From Sedimentisphaerales bacterium (GTDB lineage Bacteria; Planctomycetota; Phycisphaerae; Sedimentisphaerales; SM23-30), in the NCBI GenBank assembly GCA_963666285.1, contig OY762711.1: a DNA stretch of 64,000 nt; one strand, written 5' to 3'. A program made the translations under genes and the position numbers. The notes under the pieces are model-generated. The model worked only from the letters and a program-made list of their open reading frames with translations. It was not told the DNA's origin and made no database searches. This document shows positions 53,301 to 61,849 of this stretch, piece after piece; within the stretch, counting starts at the first letter, position 1, and each line of letters begins with the position of its first letter.

Positions 53301-53870
53301 AAATCAAAGGAGATACACCATCCAGACAACTTATTGCCCCCCCACAGTATAAGTTGATATATCCATTATGTTACTTTCAAAGATACAATTCAATATCGAA
53401 GGACTACCTGCTGCACAATAAATTGCGCCTCCAAGCCGTGCCCCATTTGAGTCTGGAGCATATCCTCTGGTAATTGTCAAACCGTTTAATATGGAATTAT
53501 TTTCTTCATTATTTGCAAAAATGAAACCACGAGCAGGACTTTGTGCAGTACCATTACAATCAATTACTGTACTGGAAATAACATATTTATCATTTGGAGC
53601 AATACTGCGAACCGTAATCGCTTTTCCATTATAATTCAAATCCACGTTACCTGCACCCGTATATGTCCCGGGATATATAATTACTTCATCGCCATCAACA
53701 GCGGCGTCTATTGCTGACTGGATAGTAACTTTGGGACCATGAATTCCATTCCACTCCGAAGCCTGACCATCCCACACATCATTACCATTACCTGATACAT
53801 AGTTAACATCTCCATAGGTAATATTAATTACCATAAAAAGTAAACTTGCACAAATCCTTCTCATACTCAT
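50365..53870 (-). pseudogene. Frameshifted secreted beta-helix protein with C-terminal protein-arginine deiminase (PAD_M plus catalytic PAD domain)
   Basis: ORFs 53331-53903 and 50365-53307 join with +1 nt near G7 (53337-53343); motifs DRWAQD, NSFGNLEVSPP, DWLSVGHVDEF, GEVHCG, terminal WW. Confidence 0.85.
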
Positions 53871-54611
53871 AGATTTATTCTCCATACAGTTACAAAATAA
53901 CAAAACATAGAAATCAGTAGAGCTTCAATTAATTTGCTAATATATCGCAACTCATAATTTGCAATCATTAATTCTATGAATTATTTTTTTGAGGTTACCA
54001 TAAATTCAACCACAAATTGTATTTTACAACTTAATGCTAGCAAGGCAAATAGTTTTTTATATAATCTTACTAATAAACCTACATGAAAGGAATGTTCTAA
54101 TAATGAAATACGGATAAATAATCCGTTGCTCCGTTTGATAGTGCCGCCCTACGCTCAATCATCGCTATTTCTCGCCAAATAATCCGTATGCTTTTTGGCA
54201 AAAAAGAGCAAATTTGGAGAGTGTAAAATACAAGTGACACTAAAATGACTCCATTGGTGTCTTTTTGCGATTTTCACATGCCAAGAAATTGATGCAAGTT
54301 ATTTATCCACAATCTGTTATATCATCGCCGAAAAGTACGTTTTTTAGGCCTACCTAGTCTTAAGAGTACGATATAAGGGATTTTAGACAAAATATAAGTC
54401 ACTAGAGAACAAGGACTTATATAGATAATTATTTATTCTCCAAATACTTACATCAGAAAAATAGTAGTTTAGTAGTAGATAAGTAGTAGACTGCAAATGC
54501 ATACTGCGCACGCAAGTGCGCACATAGGGAAGGTTGTCCTAGGGAAGACAAAGCTTAGGACTATATATGGTATCCTCCAATAATTAAACAATACTCTGGC
54601 TATGATTAAGC

Positions 54612-54679
54612 TTGACATCAACTCTTCTGGCTGGATAATAACATAATCATTTATTTTTAACTGTAGTTTTTTTTATCCA
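54612..54679 (+). promoter_or_regulatory. Putative sigma70 promoter with overlapping inverted repeat (AbiEi operator candidate)
   Basis: TTGACA (54612)-N16-GATAAT; TGGATAA...TTATCCA inverted repeat before the abiEi start. Confidence 0.5.
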
Positions 54680-54686
54680 TAACAAC

Positions 54687-55298
54687 ATGAATATAAGCCA
54701 AGAAAAAATTATTCAAGCCAAGAATGTTTTCAAAAGAAATGGTGGCATCCTACGTACCACTGAAGCCCTCAACCAAGGCGTCCACCCAAGAACTCTATAT
54801 TATATGAGAGATAACGGCATACTGGAAGCCTTATGCAGGGGTACATACCGCCTAGCCGAATTGCCCCCACTTGACCAACATGATGTTATAACAGTTGCAT
54901 CAAAAGTAAAATCTGGTGTAATATGCCTCATATCTGCTCTATCATTCCATGAGATAACAACCCAGATTCCACATGAAGTATACACCGCAATAAGTCGCAA
55001 CACAGCATATCCAAAACTTAGCTATCCTCCATCACTATTTTTCAGGTTTTCTGACGACTCTTTTAATGCAGGAATAGAAATTCACAAGATCAGTGGCATC
55101 GAAGTAAAGATTTACTCAGCAGAAAAAACCATTGCGGACTGCTTTAAATATCGAAACAAAATAGGCCTTGATGTCGCTATTGAAGCTATGAAATTCTGGA
55201 GAAAGAAAAAAGATATCAGAATTGACAAGCTGATAGAATACGCCAAAATATGCAGAGTATATAATGTTATCAAGCCGTACGCTGAGGCAATGCTATGA
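54687..55298 (+). CDS. abiEi: Type IV TA antitoxin, AbiEi family
   Basis: N-terminal wHTH with RGTYRL, VICLISALSFHEITTQIP, YSAEKTIADCFKYRNKIG. Confidence 0.9.
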   Translation: MNISQEKIIQAKNVFKRNGGILRTTEALNQGVHPRTLYYMRDNGILEALCRGTYRLAELPPLDQHDVITVASKVKSGVICLISALSFHEITTQIPHEVYTAISRNTAYPKLSYPPSLFFRFSDDSFNAGIEIHKISGIEVKIYSAEKTIADCFKYRNKIGLDVAIEAMKFWRKKKDIRIDKLIEYAKICRVYNVIKPYAEAML

Positions 55299-56185
55299 GC
55301 CAGAAAAATGTTAAAAATATCGCTGCCTCTATCAAGCAAAAATTGCTTAACAAATCAAAAGAGATGGCTCGACCATTCTCTGAAGTTCTTCAATATTATG
55401 GCCTTGAAAGATTCCTATATCGAATTTCAGCGTCTAAATATCAGAACAACTTTACACTCAAAGGAGCATTGCTATTCACCGCTTGGAGACAGTCTGCTAT
55501 TAGATCAACTGTTGACATTGACCTTCTTGGAAAGGTTAGCAACAATCCCGACGATATAGTCAAGATTTTTCAAGACATCTGTAATCAAAAGACAGAAGAT
55601 GATGGACTTAGATTTGATGATTCCAGCATAGTCGCTGAACAGATAACACTTGATGCTGACTATCAAGGCGTTCGAGTACTCCTCTATGGCTATTTAGATA
55701 CCGCCAGAATTAGAATACAAGTTGATATCGGTTTCTCAGATGTTATTACGCCAGACTCAGAAGTTCTGGAATACCCAACAATACTAGATATGCCAGTTCC
55801 AAAGTTAAACTGTTATAACAAGGAAACAGCAATAGCAGAAAAACTCCAGGCTATGGTCAAACTGGATCTTCTCAATAGCAGGATGAAAGATATATACGAT
55901 ATCTGGATCCTATCTCAGCAATTTGAATTAAACAACCTATCTTTAGCCAATGCCATCCAAAATACTTTTGAACAACGTAAAACTAAAATAACTACAGATA
56001 TTACGACCTTTACAGAAGAGTTTTATCTTAATGATGAGAAAATTGCTCAATGGAAGGGTTTTCTTAAAAGGTCAAAAGTAACTGGCACTCCCATAGAACT
56101 TGAAAAGGCTGTTCTTGATATCAAATCATTTCTGCTTCCTATTTTGACTAAAATCACACAAAAAGATGACATTAGAAAAAACTAG
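55295..56185 (+). CDS. abiEii: Type IV TA toxin, AbiEii/AbiGii nucleotidyltransferase
   Basis: ERFLYRIS, LKGALL, RSTVDIDLL, AEKLQA, SRMKDIYD; ATGA overlap with the antitoxin. Confidence 0.92.
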   Translation: MSQKNVKNIAASIKQKLLNKSKEMARPFSEVLQYYGLERFLYRISASKYQNNFTLKGALLFTAWRQSAIRSTVDIDLLGKVSNNPDDIVKIFQDICNQKTEDDGLRFDDSSIVAEQITLDADYQGVRVLLYGYLDTARIRIQVDIGFSDVITPDSEVLEYPTILDMPVPKLNCYNKETAIAEKLQAMVKLDLLNSRMKDIYDIWILSQQFELNNLSLANAIQNTFEQRKTKITTDITTFTEEFYLNDEKIAQWKGFLKRSKVTGTPIELEKAVLDIKSFLLPILTKITQKDDIRKN

Positions 56186-56232
56186 ACCCCAAAGTCATCA
56201 ATCTGACAATTCACAACTATTCAAATAATAAG

Positions 56233-56892
56233 CTAGATACCTAATTCGCTAAAATCAAGTTTCCTAAGTTTGAATTTAGAATCTACCATTTTCGATCTTT
56301 TCGGACCAACAGGTTCACTTTTTAGCTGTTCCTCAATCTCTATATATTTTTCTCTGACCAGTGTTACTTTCTTACTATAATATTTATTTCTAACCCATTC
56401 TAATTCTTCTGGTGTACATAAGTCCAAAGCGACCTGCGGCAACTCATCCAGATACAAATATTCAATGTAATCAGAACCATTTTCAACATCAGGTCGTTCC
56501 TGTTCGACGCCCAGAATATGAGGAATAAAGAATAGATTTGCTAACATAGCCTCAACAAGTTTGTCAGATGCTCTTTGCTCATTACCTACCCGATATAAAA
56601 CAAGCATCCATACTAAATAATGAGCAGCATCTCCAATATCATCAGGAAACTTTTCTCCATACCACTGATAGTATTCCAATGCTCCATCCAAATCATCAAT
56701 AAGCAGGTAAAGCAGACCTAGCAAATAACGTTTACCTGCCCCATCGCTTATCCAGCCATGTTCTTCTTGTTCTTTTTTGAAAGATCTTTTATATCTGCTA
56801 ATTCTCTGTTTTAACTTTTTAGGATCAGTGGGTATATCATACATAATGGTATTCCTTCGCTTGCTTTTTCGCCTTATTTCAATATAATTCAC
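56233..56892 (-). CDS. Hypothetical alpha-helical (TPR-like) protein
   Basis: 219-aa ORF, DGAGKRYLLGLLY...YYQWY..FPDD; true start may be the ATG at 56844. Confidence 0.65.
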   Translation of the reverse strand: MNYIEIRRKSKRRNTIMYDIPTDPKKLKQRISRYKRSFKKEQEEHGWISDGAGKRYLLGLLYLLIDDLDGALEYYQWYGEKFPDDIGDAAHYLVWMLVLYRVGNEQRASDKLVEAMLANLFFIPHILGVEQERPDVENGSDYIEYLYLDELPQVALDLCTPEELEWVRNKYYSKKVTLVREKYIEIEEQLKSEPVGPKRSKMVDSKFKLRKLDFSELGI

Positions 56893-56927
56893 CGATTAAT
56901 TTATACATTAATCCTGGAGAAAGCAAC

Positions 56928-57947
56928 TTGAAAATATTATATAGAGTAATCACTACTATACTGGTTCTTATCTTAAAAAATAAGCAGGCTCTAATCCTTG
57001 AAAATATAGCTCTTCGTCAGCAAATAATAATATTACAACGAAGTGTCAAACGTCCTAAAATAAATAACACTGACCGATTATTCTGGATATGGCTATCTCG
57101 TATCTGGGATAACTGGAAATCAGTATTACTTATCGCTAAACCTGAAACAGTAGTTGGCTGGCATATAAAAGGTTTTAAGGCATATTGGAAATGGAAATCC
57201 CGTAGAGTAGGCAGACCTAATATTGATTGGGATCTTATCAAACTAATAAGGAAGCTACAAAAGGAGAACCATCTCTGGTCTGCTCAACGTATTCAGGGTG
57301 AGCTTGCAAAACTAGGATACTCAGTTTGCGAAAACACTGTCGCCAAGTATATGCAAAAACCAAAACCTACTCCAAACCAAAGACAACGTTGGCGAACATT
57401 CATTAAAAATCACGCAAAACATATTGTCGCTATAGATTTCCTTGTTGTCAGAACAATATGTTTTAAGGCTATCTATGTTTACGTTGCACTTTCACATGAT
57501 CGGAGGAAAATCCTGCATGTTGGCGTAAGTTCCAGACCGCATTCACAGTGGGCAATACAACAATTACGTAAAACATTCGCATTTGATGAAACAACCAAAT
57601 ATGTTATTCGCGATAATGACAAAATATATAGCGATGACTTTAAGCATGTAATTGGAAGTTTTGGTCTGGAAGACAAACCTACCGCCATACACTCACCATG
57701 GCAAAATGCTTATTGCGAAAGAGTAATTGGCACACTTCGCAGAGAATGTCTAGATCATATGATCATCCTCAATGAGAAGCATCTTCGCTCCATTCTAAAT
57801 GAATTTGTTGTTTACTATAATAACAGCAGAACTCACATGTCACTTGCCAAGGATTCTCCTGTTGGCAGAGATGTAAAGACTGAAGGTAAAATCTTCAAAA
57901 AGCCAATACTTGGCGGCCTGCATCACGTTTACAACAGAGCTGCTTGA
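56928..57947 (+). CDS. Integrase-core (rve) DDE transposase
   Basis: LENIALRQQ, AIDF, IRDND, SPWQNAYCERVIGTLRRECLDH, LGGLHHVY; element ends not identified. Confidence 0.88.
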   Translation: MKILYRVITTILVLILKNKQALILENIALRQQIIILQRSVKRPKINNTDRLFWIWLSRIWDNWKSVLLIAKPETVVGWHIKGFKAYWKWKSRRVGRPNIDWDLIKLIRKLQKENHLWSAQRIQGELAKLGYSVCENTVAKYMQKPKPTPNQRQRWRTFIKNHAKHIVAIDFLVVRTICFKAIYVYVALSHDRRKILHVGVSSRPHSQWAIQQLRKTFAFDETTKYVIRDNDKIYSDDFKHVIGSFGLEDKPTAIHSPWQNAYCERVIGTLRRECLDHMIILNEKHLRSILNEFVVYYNNSRTHMSLAKDSPVGRDVKTEGKIFKKPILGGLHHVYNRAA

Positions 57948-57961
57948 TTATTGATATATAC

Positions 57962-59041
57962 TCAATGGTAATTCAACCATACGGAGAATGTACGCTCTAT
58001 TTTTACGAAAGCATCATGAACTTTCTCGATTTCAGCAATTTTCTCACCAACATCAAAATAAATATTAAATTCAGATTGTTCTACTTCAGAAGTAAATCTA
58101 AAAAGTGAACAATAAGTTGTACCGGTACCCTCCCAGCTGGTATTCTGTAGGTTAAGATCAACGTTCCAGTAACCAGGATCAAGTATTTCTGTTTTTTTGT
58201 CAACATGACCGCCATAATGGACAGGATCGACTTGGCCAGGCCTTGCACTCAATCTAAAAGCTCCTAAACAGTAATCATAAAGGCAGCGTATCCCTGCCAA
58301 TGAATCACTGCCGTACCAATACGATCCTCCACCGGTGTCTGGAGATGAATGAATCATCGCATATGGAGCTCCAGCACCTGGCTTTGATTCAAATACCCTA
58401 TTGTAAAAACCAGTGTGGTAAGTCGGATCCACTAACTGAACCGGCATTTCGGGATAATCTTCCCATCCAATATCAGCAGTCTCTTTTTGCCTTGAAACCA
58501 ATCTTAAACAATCCCACTCAATATACGTCGAAGAAAGTGGTGTTAAAATTATTTTGCTACCTTGTTTAAGGTAATTAGAGCGAAAACGAACAGATTTCGT
58601 ATCTGAATCCATCCAGTAACGATTTCTATAACCATTAATATCGATAAGCATCAACATGGCAGAGCCATTGTTTCTAGCTACAACATCTAAAACAAGCTCA
58701 CATTGCATATCTGCCTGATTAACATCTACATTAAAAAATAATGTTAAGGGATGAACATAACCAATTTTTTCATTCGCCATATGCCTGGCCCAGACATCTT
58801 CAGGGCCAGGAAGATAAGCAGGAAACGAAACCTCAACATTGTCTTGACCAATTTTAAATGTAATATTTTCAGGATAATAATTAGTAAATCTCTCTTTTTC
58901 CCCAGAAATATGAAACTCACTAGAATTGTCATTATCAAGACCTATTTGCCAAAGCAGATCCCCCTGTTCTGCTAGAGTAATCGTGCCTGAGAAAAGAACG
59001 GCAACTATCAATACATACTTATTAAAATCTGTAAGAATCAT
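57962..59041 (-). pseudogene. Probably 3'-truncated secreted glycoside hydrolase (GH92-like N-terminal region after a lectin-like module)
   Basis: Signal peptide; LWQIG..D....EF module; LVDP...PGAGAPYAMIHSSPDT resembles the GH92 N-terminus; ends 14 nt from the transposase stop with no catalytic domain. Confidence 0.5.
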
Positions 59042-59607
59042 CTTAATCCTTTCACTGATAATATCTTTCATGTAAATCATTATCATAGATATGCTAAAGT
59101 TAGAACTTACTTTTGTTTTTCTAAAGTATTTAAGCAATCGATCATTAAGAGTAATTGTATTAAAAGTGCATCCTAATATAAATCGTATTTCACGACAAAA
59201 CCATCTTAAATTGCGACACATCCCTTTAAATATTGAAGTGTTAAATATATATGATAGACACTTTTCTAGAGGTCTCTATTTGCATATAATTCTTTCACTT
59301 TGATAAGCACCTAAACATAAGAACAAGTTTAATTTCTGCCCATACATACCAATCGACATCTGAAAGGCAATTGGTAAGAAATTACCTCTGACAATTAACA
59401 GCCCACCATTGAAAAATTGGCATAAGACACATATCTGCAATACATTACAACATTTCCACAACAAACAACATTGATAATTACATAATATTAATGTTGTTCA
59501 ACACCCAAATAATCTATGTATATTTGCTTGATAATTACCTATACAGTTTTGTTGCAACGGTGTGAGAAACTAATGCAAATACCCCTAAAAAGAATGTAAA
59601 TGACTGT

Positions 59608-61785
59608 CTAATATTGAAATTGTATTGGATTTGCCAAGTGATATTCTTTTTCATCTCCCGGATTAACAAGATATGGCAGCAGTCCATCCCATTCTATTTT
59701 CATTTTGGATAAATAATACGATGTTCCACCATCATTTGTCCCCTGGAAAAATAAGTACATATCTCCATTATCATCAGTAAACACTCCCGGATGACCTGAT
59801 TCATCACTGTTCCACTGACCTGCCTCTCCGGCAGGTAAAATCGGGCTTTCAGAAAGTCTATGCCAGGAGATTCCGTCTACGCTGATTGCAACTCCAATCT
59901 GCTGAGGCTGGGCATTATAGGCACCTGCATAGAACATATAGAACAAGCCTGATTTATACAGTACTGCCGGAGCTTCGATACAATTCTTTTCCCAAGCTAT
60001 TTCCGGCTTCAAAACGCTGTGTGCTGCTGCCTCTGTCCAGCTTGACTTGTCAAAATTAGAATTCAAAGGTGCTGTAGCCAGACCAATTTTCTGGATTGAA
60101 TAAGACGTATCCCGTGTGGCATAGTACAGGTAAACCGTCTCATCGTTTTCAATGACATCAGCATCTATTGCTCGCCCGCAAGTCCAATCGGAAACGGCAG
60201 GATGGAAAATCGGATTATCAGCATTTTTGGTAAAGTTTATGCCATCATCAGACCATGCATGGCAAATCGCGTCCCCCGCACCATTACCATAAGTCTGGTA
60301 AAACAAATGAACCTGACCTTTCATGATAACCGCACAAGGAGCACCGTGTCCTTTTGCTTCATAGGAAGTGTCAGCAGGAAGCAAGGCAACCTGTCGCCAA
60401 TATATTAAATCGGTGCTCTCTACGATAGCAATACCTAAGTTACCATTCAATGCCGAGCAGTACATATAATATTTGCCATTCCATGATATTACATCCGGGT
60501 CTTTAGCCCATATCCGATCACCATAATCATATGCATAATACATTTGCGGCAGCGGCATAACATCCTGGGTTGTCTGCCAGGTCAGGGATAAATGGCTGAA
60601 ATCGAGCAGATTAACACTGCTATCATCATTTATATCTGTTCCGGGGCCATAACGATCAGCCTGCCAAATACGCTGATTATCCGGTGAAAGCCAATCGTCA
60701 AGGAATAAACCTAAATCTGAAATATCGACAACCGCATCACGATTAAAGTCTGCAACTGACCTGTCACCATAACCATACTCTGAACGAGTTTTAAAAGACC
60801 AAACCGGCCCTTGAAATAAAATCGGCTCAGAATCATCTTCAGTATCAACATAGGCATCCACACGCCAGAAATATTCAGTATTTAACGCTAGTTTAATTGC
60901 GGGGGTAAACATTTTACCGGTATGCTGTAAGCTGCAATAACTGTCTTTATTGTTGTTAACAGGTATGAAGTCAGCTTCATTAGCTCTAATATATATATCA
61001 TACTTAACGACTCTGTCATCAAGACTTGACCAGCTAAATCCAGCATATGGCTCAATACCAGTACTAATATTTCCAGGACCAGGATTACTTACCACCGATG
61101 TAAAGGTACTAACATCTATATTGAAAAATTCGACCAGGTCAGGAACAGCAGAGCCTGTCTGCACAAGACCAACACGATTATATACAATAGGGGTATTTTC
61201 CGATTGTGGAGTAGTATCAACAACGGAAGTTGAATAACTATAACCGTTATTTCCACTTATTTGAGAACATATACTTAACCCACTATCGACTCTAATGATA
61301 GTTATATTAAAATTGTACATACTGTCCTGACCGCCAGTTCCGGAAATAACAGTATTTGCTCCTAAAACATAACTGCCACGTGATGAACTTGTAGAACCAA
61401 AATCGCCATCGCCTGTGCCGCTTTGTTCGAAAATTCCAACATTACTGACTTTATACCCCAGCCAGTTTCCTTGCGTACTGCTATCGCTTACATCAAACAA
61501 GCCATATCGGAAAAAATCTGAGCAAGCATTAGATCCTGTCAATTTCCAGCTAAAAGACAAATTGACCGAATCACCAACATTCTCCAACTCAATATCATCA
61601 AAAGAAGCCCAAAGAATACACTGCGCTCCATCACCACTTCCAGCCTGCCCTACCGAAGGACTATCTGTATCAGCTCCCACTAAATTTATGCCATATTGCT
61701 GCTGCCAACCCGTAACAGGCAAAGCTGAAACGATTTCGACAGCATAAAATAAACACAAAAATATCAAAATAATATTTTTAATCAC
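59608..61785 (-). CDS. Secreted GH43-like five-bladed propeller glycosidase with N-terminal accessory and dockerin-like modules
   Basis: AKDPDV, GRAIDAD, CIEAP, ESGHP; DFNRDAVVDISDL and DINDDSSVNLLDF. Confidence 0.8.
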   Translation of the reverse strand: MIKNIILIFLCLFYAVEIVSALPVTGWQQQYGINLVGADTDSPSVGQAGSGDGAQCILWASFDDIELENVGDSVNLSFSWKLTGSNACSDFFRYGLFDVSDSSTQGNWLGYKVSNVGIFEQSGTGDGDFGSTSSSRGSYVLGANTVISGTGGQDSMYNFNITIIRVDSGLSICSQISGNNGYSYSTSVVDTTPQSENTPIVYNRVGLVQTGSAVPDLVEFFNIDVSTFTSVVSNPGPGNISTGIEPYAGFSWSSLDDRVVKYDIYIRANEADFIPVNNNKDSYCSLQHTGKMFTPAIKLALNTEYFWRVDAYVDTEDDSEPILFQGPVWSFKTRSEYGYGDRSVADFNRDAVVDISDLGLFLDDWLSPDNQRIWQADRYGPGTDINDDSSVNLLDFSHLSLTWQTTQDVMPLPQMYYAYDYGDRIWAKDPDVISWNGKYYMYCSALNGNLGIAIVESTDLIYWRQVALLPADTSYEAKGHGAPCAVIMKGQVHLFYQTYGNGAGDAICHAWSDDGINFTKNADNPIFHPAVSDWTCGRAIDADVIENDETVYLYYATRDTSYSIQKIGLATAPLNSNFDKSSWTEAAAHSVLKPEIAWEKNCIEAPAVLYKSGLFYMFYAGAYNAQPQQIGVAISVDGISWHRLSESPILPAGEAGQWNSDESGHPGVFTDDNGDMYLFFQGTNDGGTSYYLSKMKIEWDGLLPYLVNPGDEKEYHLANPIQFQY

Positions 61786-61849
61786 TTTCTAATCTCCATA
61801 CTATTTTAATAGCAAATAACTATTTCAAACCACATAAACAAAGTGTCCA

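Larger units (their letters stand above)
47512..54367. mobile_element. Integrase-less integrated cassette at a tRNA-Lys att site
   Basis: Direct-repeat core TTAAGAGT at 47512-47519 and 54360-54367; TGACAC-type repeats near both ends (49100-49118, 54235-54261). Confidence 0.65.

Noticed and set aside
56928..57947. The integrase responsible for the tRNA-Lys cassette
   Set aside because: It is an rve/DDE protein without tyrosine-recombinase R-H-R-Y motifs and lies outside the core repeats
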